From assembly GCA_027622665.1 (NCBI GenBank), contig JAQBYT010000020.1, positions 1 through 61,634 of the forward strand: a stretch of 61,634 nucleotides of DNA, in the 5' to 3' direction. Shown here in pieces: positions 41,431 to 51,766 of this stretch. Numbering within the stretch: position 1 is the first letter of the stretch; every line of letters begins with the position of its first letter. Source of the stretch: Verrucomicrobiota bacterium (GTDB lineage Bacteria; Verrucomicrobiota; Verrucomicrobiia; Opitutales; Seribacteraceae). The notes under the pieces were generated by a model. The model did not search any database. It worked only from the letters and a program-made list of their open reading frames with translations, and had not been told where the DNA came from. A program made the position numbers and the translations under genes.

Positions 41431-42342
41431 ATGCTCTCGGCAGTACTACGGTGGATCTTGCCACCCCCTGAAACCTTTGAAAATCCAGTCGAAGGACAAG
41501 AAAAAGTTGAGTGGTTTAGGTGCATTCCCTTCATACTGATTCATCTTTCGGTCATAGGGGTCTTGTTTGTCAATTTCTCTTGGTGGTGCGTGGCTATAGC
41601 TTTTATCTCTTACTGTGTGCGGATGTTTGCCATAACCGCCTTCTACCATCGATACTTCTCTCACAGAGCATTTGAAACTAATCGAATTGTACAGTTCTTG
41701 GGGGCTTTCGTTGCGTGCAGTGCCGGCCAACGCGGTCCTCTATGGTGGTCCGCACACCATAGGCGTCATCATAAATATTCGGATACGGACTTAGACGTAC
41801 ACTCACCAAAGAGTAAGAGTGTTCTATGGAGCCATGCGTTATGGTTTATGTCCGACTATGCACTACCAACCTTCCTAAGAGAAATCCCAGACTGGTTAAA
41901 ATACAAGGAGTTACGATTTATAAATCGCTATGATTGGATCCCCGTACTTACTTTAGCCTTATTTTGTTATTGGTTGGGAGAAACTTCTTGGGCAATTTCC
42001 AAATTGGAAACTTCAGGAGCACAGTTATTCGTTTGGGGATTCTTAGTTCCGACAGTCGCCCTGTATCACGCTACATTCTCTGTCAATTCTTTGGCTCATA
42101 TATTTGGAAAAAGAAAATTCGAGACCTTAGATGAAAGCAGAAACAATGCACTTGTCTCCGTTCTAACCTTGGGAGAGGGATGGCATAACAACCACCATTT
42201 TTTCCCAAGTTCCGCGAGGCAGGGGTTTTTCAAAGGACAGTTTGATCCAACCCATAGGATACTGCAGGTACTATCATTCTTTGGATTCGTATGGGGATTA
42301 AAAAAGACGCCTTCTTGGGTACAAGAAAAAGCGATAAGTTAG
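41431..42342 (+). CDS. delta-9-type fatty acyl desaturase
   Basis: His boxes YHRYFSH, HHRRHH, GEGWHNNHH. Confidence 0.93.
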   Translation: MLSAVLRWILPPPETFENPVEGQEKVEWFRCIPFILIHLSVIGVLFVNFSWWCVAIAFISYCVRMFAITAFYHRYFSHRAFETNRIVQFLGAFVACSAGQRGPLWWSAHHRRHHKYSDTDLDVHSPKSKSVLWSHALWFMSDYALPTFLREIPDWLKYKELRFINRYDWIPVLTLALFCYWLGETSWAISKLETSGAQLFVWGFLVPTVALYHATFSVNSLAHIFGKRKFETLDESRNNALVSVLTLGEGWHNNHHFFPSSARQGFFKGQFDPTHRILQVLSFFGFVWGLKKTPSWVQEKAIS

Positions 42343-42362
42343 AAAATTCCTGAGACGACTAA

Positions 42363-43601
42363 GTGAAGGTTGGTATCATTGGTTCTGGAATATCGGGTTT
42401 GATCTGTGCCTACTTGCTTCGCCGCAAATGCGAGGTTACAATCTATGAATCTGATGGGAAACCCGGCGGACACGTAAATACAGTCGAAGTTAAAGGTGAG
42501 ACGGAAAGCCACAAAATCGATACTGGCTTTATTGTCTTCAACGAAAGCAATTATCCAAATTTCGTCCGTTTGCTGAAGCATCTAGAAGTCGAATCCAAGA
42601 AGACTCGTATGGGTTTCTCCGTACGATGCGCCAAATCGGGAATAGAGTACAGTGGAGAAAGCTTAAAGGGATTATTTGGGGCTAGTCGAAACCTTATAGA
42701 CTTCAAGCACTGGGGAATGGTTCGTGATATTTCTCGCTTTCATTCAATTGCAAAACGCAATCAAAGAAGCCAATCATCAGTGGACGATTTCCTATCAAAA
42801 CATCACTTTAGCCAACGCTTTCGAGATGCCTTTCTCTTGCCTTTGGGTTCAGCTCTTTGGTCCTGCTCCACGGAAAGATTTGGCAAGTTCCCGATGGAAT
42901 TCGTTTTCGACTTCCTGTCCAATCATAAAATGCTTCAATCATTTGATCGCCCGATTTGGCGAGTACTCAAAGGCGGATCTCGCACATACGTGGATAAAAT
43001 GGTTAAACAGATTGGGAACAGGCTTCATCTGAATACTCCCATCAAAAGGGTCTTTAGAACTAAGGAAGGAGTAAGCCTAGACCTACAAGATGGAACAATG
43101 GCCACATTCGATGAAGTCATTCTAGCCTGCCACGCAGACCAGTCTCTCCGGATGATAGACCAACCCACGCAAGAAGAGAAAAAACTGTTAGAAGCCTTTC
43201 CCTACGAACAAAACTTAGTTTCTCTGCATAGTGACGATTCCCTGCTTCCACGCCGCAATTCGGCTCGAGCAAGCTGGAATGCTTATTTACCTGAGGGTCA
43301 TTCAGATAAGGCAACGGTCACTTACGACATGAATATCCTGCAAGGACTTACTTGCTCGCAACCCTTTTGCGTTTCCCTAAACCAAGAAGAGAGCATAGAA
43401 ACCAGCCTTCATCACGGTGATTTCAAATTTTCTCACCCCACATACCACAAAGGTCGTAAAGACGCCCAGAAACGACATCGAGAATTCATCCGAAACCAAG
43501 GTATTTCTCTCTGCGGGGCATACTGGGGCTATGGTTTCCACGAAGATGGTCTATCCAGCGGATTAAGAGTATGCGAAGCCTTTGGAGAAAGACTCAAATG
43601 A
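42363..43601 (+). CDS. FAD-dependent oxidoreductase (UfaD/RSP_1091-like)
   Basis: IIGSGISG, GGHVNT, IDTGFIVFN...YPNF, ASWN, CGAYWGYGFHEDGL. Confidence 0.88.
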   Translation: MKVGIIGSGISGLICAYLLRRKCEVTIYESDGKPGGHVNTVEVKGETESHKIDTGFIVFNESNYPNFVRLLKHLEVESKKTRMGFSVRCAKSGIEYSGESLKGLFGASRNLIDFKHWGMVRDISRFHSIAKRNQRSQSSVDDFLSKHHFSQRFRDAFLLPLGSALWSCSTERFGKFPMEFVFDFLSNHKMLQSFDRPIWRVLKGGSRTYVDKMVKQIGNRLHLNTPIKRVFRTKEGVSLDLQDGTMATFDEVILACHADQSLRMIDQPTQEEKKLLEAFPYEQNLVSLHSDDSLLPRRNSARASWNAYLPEGHSDKATVTYDMNILQGLTCSQPFCVSLNQEESIETSLHHGDFKFSHPTYHKGRKDAQKRHREFIRNQGISLCGAYWGYGFHEDGLSSGLRVCEAFGERLK

Positions 43602-44386
43602 ATAGCTGCCTGTACTTCGGCGAGGTTCGTCATCATCGCCGTTCCCCTAAGACGCATAACCTCTGTTACAAACTCTTCATGCCCCACCTTTTCCTGGACG
43701 AACTACCCGAAGTTTTCAAAAGCCGTTGGCTATGGTCGGTTAACAGCCCGAACCTATCCGTTTTTCGGCGCGAAGATTATCATAGTAAAGGAACCAGTTG
43801 CTTGGACAAGGCTGTAAGGCGAACAATGGCTGAACAAATTGGACGACCGATTGAAGGACGCATTTCCGTCCTGACTCATTTGCGAACTTTTGGTTATTGC
43901 TTCAATCCTATCAGCTTTTACTACGCATGGGACAAGGAAGTTAACCGCCCTCATGCCATCATGGCGGAGATCACCAACACCCCTTGGGGAGAGCGGTATG
44001 CAAAAGCCTTCAGCTGGGATGATTCAGACAAAAAACCAAATGAACGCAGCCAGCATGAGTTCAAAAAGGAATTCCATGTTTCTCCCTTCATCGGCATGGA
44101 TGTCGCCTACGATTGGCGCTTCACCTCTCCATCCAAAAGACTGAAGGTCGACATGATACTAAAGGAAAAGAAAAAAGTGTTCTTTACGGTCCACCTCAAT
44201 CTTCGACGCAAAAAAATTAGCTCAGGAAATTTAGCCTGGGCACTGGCGCGCTTTCCCTTCCTTACTTTTAGCATAACGGCAGGAATATATTGGCACGCCT
44301 TACTTTTGCGGCTCAAGGGATGCCCCTTTCATTCCCATCCAAAGCACTTGGCAAACTCAACTTCTCATGGACAAGCAAGCAACTGA
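43598..44386 (+). CDS. DUF1365 family protein (UfaO-like)
   Basis: G.VRHHR..P..H, FGYCFNPISFYY, EITNTPWGE, KEFHVSPF, IYWHAL.L.LKG. Confidence 0.9.
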   Translation: MNSCLYFGEVRHHRRSPKTHNLCYKLFMPHLFLDELPEVFKSRWLWSVNSPNLSVFRREDYHSKGTSCLDKAVRRTMAEQIGRPIEGRISVLTHLRTFGYCFNPISFYYAWDKEVNRPHAIMAEITNTPWGERYAKAFSWDDSDKKPNERSQHEFKKEFHVSPFIGMDVAYDWRFTSPSKRLKVDMILKEKKKVFFTVHLNLRRKKISSGNLAWALARFPFLTFSITAGIYWHALLLRLKGCPFHSHPKHLANSTSHGQASN

Positions 44387-45635
44387 ACGGACATCGAGTT
44401 TACCAATCGAATTCTCTTCCAAAAGGGGGTTTTTCGAGAACGCCTTTGTTTCACGACTTCGGAAGATTACTCAAGGAACTCTGCAAATAGATAGCCCCTC
44501 GGATTCTCTTATCTTAGGAGATTCATCCAAAGAAGGGATACATGCCAAAATTCGAGTTTCGGAAAAGGTCTTCTTTCGTAAGGCTTGCTTGGGAGGTTCC
44601 CTCGGCGTCGCAGACAGCTTTGCGAACGGCGACTGGACGTCACCGGATCTAGTTATGCTTTTTCGCCTTTTCCTACAGAATCAGGAAGCAATGGACGGAA
44701 TGGAAGGTGGTTGGGCAACTTTTCTCAACAAAGTCGCAAGATGGGGCTATGCCATCGGACAAAAGAATACGATAAAGGGAAGCCGTAAAAACATAGCTCT
44801 CCACTACGATCTGGGGAACGACTTCTACGAGCTCATGCTCGACCCTACCATGACCTACTCGTGCGGCATCTTCGCTACCCCCCAGAGCACCCTAGAGGAC
44901 GCCTCCATAGCCAAATACGACCGCATCATAGAGCAACTTGACATCAAACCCGGCCATCGCCTTTTGGAAATCGGATGCGGTTGGGGCGGATTCGCACATC
45001 GGCTAGCCGAAAGAACGGAAGCCACACTCACGGCGACGACTATTTCCGAGCGCCAGTACAAGTTTGCCATCGAACGAATTCATAAGAACGGATGGGAGGA
45101 ACGGATCCGTATCGTCAAGCAAGACTACCGGAATCTATCTGGCAAATTCGACAGGATCGTCTCGATAGAGATGATCGAGGCCGTGGGCCACGAATATCTT
45201 CCCGCCTATTTTTCCAAGATTTCCGACCTGCTCGCTTCCGACGGTGCGGCCATGATCCAAGGCATCACAATGCCTGACCATCGATATGCGCAATACCTCA
45301 AGGAAGTCGATTACATCCGAACGCGGGTCTTTCCCGGCAGTTGCGTTCCCTCTGCCTCAGCCATGATTGCGGCAGCGGTCGAGCGCTCCGACCTTCGCCC
45401 CGCCGCCCTCCACGATTTCGGACACCACTATGCCCGAACACTGCGCGAATGGCGCCTGCGCTTCAAGGAAAACGAGAACAAGATAAGCTCCCTTGGGTAC
45501 AACGATTCCTTCAGAAGAGCTTGGGAATATTACCTTTGCTACTGCGAAGCGGGTTTCGAGGAAGGATATACCGGGGACGTCCACCTCCTCCTCGCCAAGC
45601 CCGAGTGCAAACTTGCCCGGGGCTTCCCGCAATGA
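44367..45635 (+). CDS. cfa: cyclopropane-fatty-acyl-phospholipid synthase family methyltransferase
   Basis: NIALHYDLGNDFY, MTYSC, LEIGCGWGG, SIEMIEAVG, YYLCYCEAGF. Confidence 0.9.
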   Translation: MDKQATERTSSLPIEFSSKRGFFENAFVSRLRKITQGTLQIDSPSDSLILGDSSKEGIHAKIRVSEKVFFRKACLGGSLGVADSFANGDWTSPDLVMLFRLFLQNQEAMDGMEGGWATFLNKVARWGYAIGQKNTIKGSRKNIALHYDLGNDFYELMLDPTMTYSCGIFATPQSTLEDASIAKYDRIIEQLDIKPGHRLLEIGCGWGGFAHRLAERTEATLTATTISERQYKFAIERIHKNGWEERIRIVKQDYRNLSGKFDRIVSIEMIEAVGHEYLPAYFSKISDLLASDGAAMIQGITMPDHRYAQYLKEVDYIRTRVFPGSCVPSASAMIAAAVERSDLRPAALHDFGHHYARTLREWRLRFKENENKISSLGYNDSFRRAWEYYLCYCEAGFEEGYTGDVHLLLAKPECKLARGFPQ

Positions 45636-46159
45636 ACACGCGTCTTTCCTTCCTCATCGATCTGGCGATTTTTCAAACGGCTTGGTTTGCCTGCGTGCTC
45701 GCGAGCATCAGCCCCAACCCATATGTTCTCCCTCTGGCAGGATCAGTCCTCGTTCTGGGTCGGGTCATCCAAAAAAAGCGGATTCGGAAAGCTCTGCCCT
45801 TGGCTTTCACCTGCCTCGCCTTCGGAACCCTTGGAGACGCTTTACTCGTCAACCTTGAATTTCTCGCATTCGCCCCCTATCCCAGCCTCCTCGGATCTCC
45901 CCTCTGGATGATTGCCCTTTGGCTTAATTTCGGATTCATGCTCCGCCCACTGTTCGAATGGTTTTTGGACACTTACACTCGAACCTTTTCAGGATTTTCA
46001 ATTGGAGGAGTAATAGCCTATTATTCCGGAGAAAAGATCGGGGTCCTCAGCCTGGAAAAGGGCTGGGAATCAGCCATTGCCATTGGGGCGGAATGGGCCA
46101 TCGCCGGCATTGCGCTACGCCACCTTTCATTGAGGCACTCGGACGGTAAAGAGACATGA
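45632..46159 (+). CDS. DUF2878 family membrane protein
   Basis: FQTAWFACV, PLWMIALWLNF, GG..AY.SG; ATG overlaps the cfa stop. Confidence 0.8.
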   Translation: MNTRLSFLIDLAIFQTAWFACVLASISPNPYVLPLAGSVLVLGRVIQKKRIRKALPLAFTCLAFGTLGDALLVNLEFLAFAPYPSLLGSPLWMIALWLNFGFMLRPLFEWFLDTYTRTFSGFSIGGVIAYYSGEKIGVLSLEKGWESAIAIGAEWAIAGIALRHLSLRHSDGKET

Positions 46160-46956
46160 GCCAACTCGATCTGCTGCTCTACGGCCAAGCCTGTGCATCC
46201 ACGCTGATGACCATTGGTTGGATGGTTGCTACCAAGATCAAGAACACTTCCTACGTCGATGTCCTCTGGGCCTATGGCGTGGGAATTTCAGGCTTTGCCT
46301 ATCTCCACTCTCAACAGGACCTGAGAAACCCGACCCGGCTTCTTGTTCTACAGGTCCTGTTAGTCGTCTGGTCACTCCGGTTGGGAACCCACTTGCTGTT
46401 AAGATGCCTGGGAAAACCGGAGGATGCTCGCTATGATTATCTGAGGCAGTGGATGGGCAAACGGGCAAATCTCGGCTTTTTCCTGTTTTTCCAAATTCAG
46501 GCCTTCTGGATTGTCCTTTTCGCCTCCCCCTTTCTTATCCTTGCCCACAATAGCGCACCCATCGATCCGTTCGACTACCTAGGGCTCGCAATTTGGATAA
46601 TCGGATTCATCGGGCTGACTACAGCAGACCGTCAGCTCGCACGATTCAAGCAAGCTCCAAAGAGAAAACGAGCGGAAGTATGTGACACTGGCCTCTGGAG
46701 ATATTCACGACACCCAAACTATTTCTTTGAGTGGGTCTTGTGGCTCGGATACCTCCCCATGGGATGGTCCGCACCAGAGGGAGATTGGTTACTGGTCCTT
46801 CCTGTCATGCTCTACCTCTTTCTGACCAAAATCACCGGCATCCCTTTCGTGGAGGCCCGCAAGCTCGAAGCCAGCGGAGAAGCTTATGCTTCTTATGTAC
46901 AACGGACCTCCTCCTTTTTTCTGTGGTTTCCAAAAAACAAGGAAACTCCTTCATGA
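46156..46956 (+). CDS. DUF1295 family membrane protein
   Basis: VDVLW, WSLRLG, EDARY, GLWRYSRHPNYFFEW, Y..RTS.F. Confidence 0.9.
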   Translation: MSQLDLLLYGQACASTLMTIGWMVATKIKNTSYVDVLWAYGVGISGFAYLHSQQDLRNPTRLLVLQVLLVVWSLRLGTHLLLRCLGKPEDARYDYLRQWMGKRANLGFFLFFQIQAFWIVLFASPFLILAHNSAPIDPFDYLGLAIWIIGFIGLTTADRQLARFKQAPKRKRAEVCDTGLWRYSRHPNYFFEWVLWLGYLPMGWSAPEGDWLLVLPVMLYLFLTKITGIPFVEARKLEASGEAYASYVQRTSSFFLWFPKNKETPS

Positions 46957-47993
46957 GCCTTACCGACACCTTTATCGAACTTGCCGAACGCGGTCTTGTT
47001 CCGGATTTTCTCGTTCGGGCGGGAATTCGTAATCTCTGTCACAAGAGACTCGGACAATGCAGAACGAATGACTGCGAGGCCAATGCAGAGTTAGCGGAAA
47101 AGTACCTCAAGGAATCCGACGCCTCGACCATGGCGGTCCTTACGGACAAGGCCAACGAGCAACACTATGAAGTCCCGACCGAGTTTTACCAGAAAGTCCT
47201 CGGTGAGAATCTCAAGTACAGTTGTTGCTACTTCGAGTCGTTCACCGGCGACCTATCGAAAGCCGAGAATCATGCACTTGAGCTAAGTTGCCAACATGCC
47301 CAACTGAAAGACGAATTTGAAATTCTCGAGCTTGGATGTGGCTGGGGTTCCCTATCTCTCTGGATGGCTAATAGATTTCCGAAAGCTCGAATCACCTCCG
47401 TTTCAAATTCCCATTCCCAACGCCAGCACATCCTCTGCAAAGCGAAGGAACGCGGGCTGAAAAACCTCGAGGTCATTACCGAGGACGTCAACGCATTCGA
47501 GACCGATAAGCACTTTGACCGTGTGGTTTCGGTCGAGATGTTCGAGCATGTCCGGAATCATCGAGAACTCTTCAGGCGTATTCACTCTTGGTTAAAACCA
47601 GGCGGGAAATTATTCGCTCACGTCTTCTGTCATCGCTCTACCTCCTACCCCTTCGAAGCAGAGGGACAGGACGACTGGATGTCGAAACATTTCTTCAGTG
47701 GAGGAACCATGCCTGCGGACGAACTATTCCTTCGCATCTCCGGTTCCCTCGAACTGGAAAGCAGGTGGCGTTGGTCCGGCAAGCACTACGCACAGACATC
47801 GGAATGCTGGTTGCACAACATGGACGCAAATCGAAAGGATATTCTTAAGCTCCTTCAAGAGGAACTTTCTTCAAAAGAAGCTCGTATTGCATTCAATCGT
47901 TGGCAAATCTTCTTCCTTGCATGTGCCGAAACCTTCGGTTTTCGAAATGGACAGGAATGGTGGGTCTCTCATTATCTCTTTGGAAAAAAATGA
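46953..47993 (+). CDS. SAM-dependent methyltransferase (Cfa/coclaurine N-methyltransferase-like)
   Basis: ANEQHYEVP, LKYSCC, LELGCGWGS, SVEMFEH, WM..HFFSGG.MP, EWWVSHY. Confidence 0.9.
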   Translation: MSLTDTFIELAERGLVPDFLVRAGIRNLCHKRLGQCRTNDCEANAELAEKYLKESDASTMAVLTDKANEQHYEVPTEFYQKVLGENLKYSCCYFESFTGDLSKAENHALELSCQHAQLKDEFEILELGCGWGSLSLWMANRFPKARITSVSNSHSQRQHILCKAKERGLKNLEVITEDVNAFETDKHFDRVVSVEMFEHVRNHRELFRRIHSWLKPGGKLFAHVFCHRSTSYPFEAEGQDDWMSKHFFSGGTMPADELFLRISGSLELESRWRWSGKHYAQTSECWLHNMDANRKDILKLLQEELSSKEARIAFNRWQIFFLACAETFGFRNGQEWWVSHYLFGKK

Positions 47994-49237
47994 ACATGAC
48001 CACCATATACCTTCTTTTTTGTATCTGCCTGACTCTACTGGCTAATACAGCAGCCGGGGCTTCTTTAGAGCTATCTTGGCCACAGTGGCGAGGACCGACT
48101 CGCGATGGTTTCGTTGAAAAAGAGTCGCCTTGGCCCCAAACTATAGCAAAGGACAAACTTCGTTTGGCTTGGCGAAAAGAAATCGGGAAAGGTTATCCCG
48201 GTCCGGTAGTATCGGAAAAATTGGTCTTCATCGTCGAGACCAAGGGAAAGAACGAGATCGTTAGGGCCTTCGACAGGCTGAACGGAGAACAGAAGTGGCA
48301 AGCGAGTTGGCCTGGTTCCATGAGCGTTCCCTTCTTTGCTTGGAAAAACGGAAGCTGGGTGCGTTCGACCCCGGCTTACGACGGCAATAATCTTTATGTT
48401 GCCGGGATGCGCGACTTCCTCGTCTGCCTCGATGCCAATACAGGAAAGAAAAAATGGTCGGTCGACTTCATGAAGCGATACAAGGCGCCTCTGCCGGCTT
48501 TCGGCTTCGTCTGTTCCCCACTAATCGATGGAGACCACCTATACGTTCAGGCTGGATCCGGCTTCGTTAAACTGGAGAAGGAAACAGGCAAGTCGATTTG
48601 GCTCACACTCTCCGACAAGGGCGGCATGTACGGTAGTGCCTTTTCCTCCCCCTCCATCGCTTCTCCTCAAGGAAAACGACAACTGCTGGTCCAGACGAGA
48701 ACCGACTTGGCAGGAGTCGACTTGAAGGATGGCAAAGTGCTATGGCGTCAACCAATAAAGGCCTTTCGCGGCATGAACATTCTGACTCCCACCATTTTCG
48801 GCAACGGGATTTTCACCAGCAGTTACGGCGGCAAAACCCTCTTGTTCGACTTGTCGGAAACCCCGTCAGGATTCTCCGTTAGTGAAAAGTGGCAAAACCG
48901 TCAGGAAGGATACATGTCCGGGCCGATCATAATCGATGGTTTTTGCTACCTTCATCTTCGGAAGCAACGAATGACGTGCATCGACATGAAGAACGGAGAC
49001 ACCAAATGGATCAGTGAAAAATCCTTCGGCAAATATATGTCAATGATATCTAACGGTAAACAAATTCTAGCACTCGATGAAGACGGCACTCTCTACCTTA
49101 TTGAACCTAATTCCAAAAAACTTGTAATTAAGGAAAGCCGTGAGATATCCGATGAACCTAGTTGGGCCCACCTCGCCATATCGGGTCGTCAAATGTTCGT
49201 TCGAGAACTCGAAGCCATAGCCTGTTACGAATGGTGA
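47990..49237 (+). CDS. PQQ-binding-like beta-propeller protein
   Basis: Signal peptide, WPQWRGPTRDG, RSTPA, LDANTGKKKW. Confidence 0.87.
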   Translation: MNMTTIYLLFCICLTLLANTAAGASLELSWPQWRGPTRDGFVEKESPWPQTIAKDKLRLAWRKEIGKGYPGPVVSEKLVFIVETKGKNEIVRAFDRLNGEQKWQASWPGSMSVPFFAWKNGSWVRSTPAYDGNNLYVAGMRDFLVCLDANTGKKKWSVDFMKRYKAPLPAFGFVCSPLIDGDHLYVQAGSGFVKLEKETGKSIWLTLSDKGGMYGSAFSSPSIASPQGKRQLLVQTRTDLAGVDLKDGKVLWRQPIKAFRGMNILTPTIFGNGIFTSSYGGKTLLFDLSETPSGFSVSEKWQNRQEGYMSGPIIIDGFCYLHLRKQRMTCIDMKNGDTKWISEKSFGKYMSMISNGKQILALDEDGTLYLIEPNSKKLVIKESREISDEPSWAHLAISGRQMFVRELEAIACYEW

Positions 49238-49252
49238 CTCCTTAGGCAGGTC

Positions 49253-49942
49253 ATGCGCGTACATTGGCTTCAACACGTGCCCTTCGAGGACTTGGGTTGC
49301 ATGGGCGAATGGTTCCTCTCAAGAGGTCATGAACTTGCTTGCACCCGCCTCTTCGAGAAATCTTCTCTACCTGCTGTCGAGAATTTCGATTGGCTCGTGG
49401 TCATGGGAGGACCAATGGGAGTTGACGACTCAAGTACGTTCCCGTGGTTAATCTCCGAGATGAATCTGATCCAATCCGCAATTATGAACGGCAAGCGGGT
49501 TCTAGGCGTGTGCCTCGGAGCTCAGTTGATGGCTGCGGCAATGGGTGCGAAGGTTAGTAGAAATCCTCACAAGGAAATTGGATGGTTCCCCGTAAACAAC
49601 ACAGGAGCTGTGAATACTGTATTCGCCAAAGACATACCGAACACCTTCGATGCCTTTCATTGGCATAGCGATAGCTTCGACATACCCCAAGGAGCCGAGC
49701 ATTTGGTTTCGAGCGCGGCCACCCCGAACCAAGGGTTTTGCGTTGGTAGAAGTGCTCTGGCCCTGCAATTCCACTTGGAGCTTAGAACTAGCGACGCCAC
49801 TAGAATCGCCGAGGCATGCCCCGATGATCTAACACCCGGAACCTATGTTCAGCAACCGGAAGAATTCACCACGAATAAGGATTTGTTCGCAAAAGCGAAC
49901 AAGCTGATGAGACGACTGCTCGAAACCTTGGAAAAGGGTTAA
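49253..49942 (+). CDS. type 1 glutamine amidotransferase
   Basis: LQHVPFE, MGGPMG, LGVCLGAQL, EIGW, FHWH.D.F, QFHLE. Confidence 0.92.
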   Translation: MRVHWLQHVPFEDLGCMGEWFLSRGHELACTRLFEKSSLPAVENFDWLVVMGGPMGVDDSSTFPWLISEMNLIQSAIMNGKRVLGVCLGAQLMAAAMGAKVSRNPHKEIGWFPVNNTGAVNTVFAKDIPNTFDAFHWHSDSFDIPQGAEHLVSSAATPNQGFCVGRSALALQFHLELRTSDATRIAEACPDDLTPGTYVQQPEEFTTNKDLFAKANKLMRRLLETLEKG

Positions 49943-49983
49943 TCATCGAGAAACCAGGCGAAAACCTGACCACCGTACAGGCG

Positions 49984-50328
49984 TGGAAAAACAAACGGGA
50001 GAGTTACATTTTCCGGCCGATCATCATCGACGGTTCCCACTACATCCATCTGAGAAAACCGCGTATAGCTTGCCAGGATATGAAGAGCAGGAACACGAAG
50101 TGGATCAGCAGCGAATCCTTCGAAAAATCACATGTCCATGGTTTCCAACGGACAGGAGAATCTCGCCCTCGATGAGGACGGTCTCCCTTACCTGATCGAA
50201 GTAAACCCGGAAAACTAGTGATCAGGGAGAATCGAACCATTTCCGAGTCTCCCTCCTGGGACCAATTGGCCGTTGCAGACAACCAATTGTTCGTGCCCTA
50301 ACTCGAGACCTTCGTCTGTTACGAATGG
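49984..50328 (+). pseudogene. degenerate remnant homologous to the 3' third of the 47990-49237 propeller gene
   Basis: Translates as WKNKRESYIFRPIIIDG.HY.HLRK.R..C.DMK...TKWIS..SF / MS.VSNG..NLALDEDG..YLIE / W..LA....LFV.*LE...CYEW, collinear with 48890-49234, with frameshifts and a stop. Confidence 0.85.
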
Positions 50329-50395
50329 AAATCCGAAGAGGCTTGGCAGGCATTCCCCCCTTGACACACCTGGACTTTCGGAGTATCGAGTAGCC

Positions 50396-51766
50396 ATGAC
50401 CTCACCAAAACTCCTCTGTCTCTTTTTCTCATGGAAAGGGGAACTGGGTCGATCGGTCTATGCCTTTACGGGCATCGCCCTTTTCCTGGTCAAGTGGAAC
50501 CTCGACAAGCTCATTTCTTTTCTCGTCTTCGATTCCTATCCCTCCCCTTTTTCCTACTTGCTACCCGTAACGTACTTCCCAACGGAAAACGAGCTTTCCA
50601 CAGTGCTCCTCATGCTGGCTCTGGCCCTCCCCTTCATCTATGTTGGGATCGTCCTCACGGTGAAGCGGCTCCGGTCCATACAGTGGCCCATCTACACATG
50701 CTTCCTCTTCTTCGTTCCCTTTGTGAACCTCCTGTTTTTCTTCCTGCTCTCCATCCTGCCTAAGGTCGGGGCCTCAAACCGTGACCAAGAAAGTAAGGGA
50801 AAAGCAAAGGGCTGGCTCGACTGGGCCATCCCGAAAGGACAAGTGGCCTGCGCCGCTCTCTCCGCCGGCCTTTCCGCGGTTCTGGGCACCCTTCTTGTTT
50901 CCCTCAGCCTAACGGCAGAAATTACCCAAAACTACGGATGGGGGGTTTTCGTCGGCTTGCCCTTCGTCATGGGACTGGTAGCCGCCGTAACCTACGGCCA
51001 CCATGCCCGGCGAAAAGCCAGTCAATGTCAAGTCGTCGCCTGCCTGTCCCTTGCCTTTTCCTTCGTCTTTCTTCTCCTTCTGGCGATCGAGGGGATCCTT
51101 TGCCTTGCCATGGCGGCACCCATCGCCTTGCCCTTAGCGTGTTTGGGCGGATGGGTCGGTTACATGATTCAAAACCGATCAAGCTTCAACCCATCTCTGG
51201 CCCTTTTCCTGGCCACCTTTCTGCTAATGGGCTTTGAAAAAAAGGCCCTTCCCGAGGCTCCCCTTTTCTCCGTTCGTTCGGAGGTCTTCGTCAACGCCTC
51301 CCCTGAGAAAGTCTGGAACAACGTGGTCACCTTTTCCGAGCTTCCGTCGTCGGACGACTGGCTCTTCGACTTGGGAATTGCCTGCCCGACCTGTGCCACG
51401 ATTGAGGGAACGGGTGTGGGAGCCATTCGACACTGCAACTTCACCACCGGAGCGTTCGTCGAACCGATCACGGTCTGGGACGAGCCCAACGTCCTCGCCT
51501 TCGACGTTACCGCCCAACCTCCTCCGATGAAGGAAATCTCACCCTACGACATCCATCCGCCCCATTTGGACGGTCATCTGGAAAGCAAGCGGGGCGAGTT
51601 TCGGCTGGAAAGAATGGAAGATGGAAAAACCCGCCTCATCGGCACAACTTGGTACAAACATCACATGTGGCCGGCCAGCTACTGGAAGCTTTGGTCGGAC
51701 TTTCTAATCGGTCGGATCCACCGGCGCGTGCTCAAGCACGTCAAGAAACTGTCGGAGACGGACTAG
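50396..51766 (+). CDS. DUF805 membrane domain fused to SRPBCC domain
   Basis: G.LGR..Y, VKRLR.I N-terminal DUF805-like TMs; EG..C..MAAP; C-terminal SRPBCC (GVGAIRHC.F.TG.FVEPIT.W). Confidence 0.8.
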   Translation: MTSPKLLCLFFSWKGELGRSVYAFTGIALFLVKWNLDKLISFLVFDSYPSPFSYLLPVTYFPTENELSTVLLMLALALPFIYVGIVLTVKRLRSIQWPIYTCFLFFVPFVNLLFFFLLSILPKVGASNRDQESKGKAKGWLDWAIPKGQVACAALSAGLSAVLGTLLVSLSLTAEITQNYGWGVFVGLPFVMGLVAAVTYGHHARRKASQCQVVACLSLAFSFVFLLLLAIEGILCLAMAAPIALPLACLGGWVGYMIQNRSSFNPSLALFLATFLLMGFEKKALPEAPLFSVRSEVFVNASPEKVWNNVVTFSELPSSDDWLFDLGIACPTCATIEGTGVGAIRHCNFTTGAFVEPITVWDEPNVLAFDVTAQPPPMKEISPYDIHPPHLDGHLESKRGEFRLERMEDGKTRLIGTTWYKHHMWPASYWKLWSDFLIGRIHRRVLKHVKKLSETD

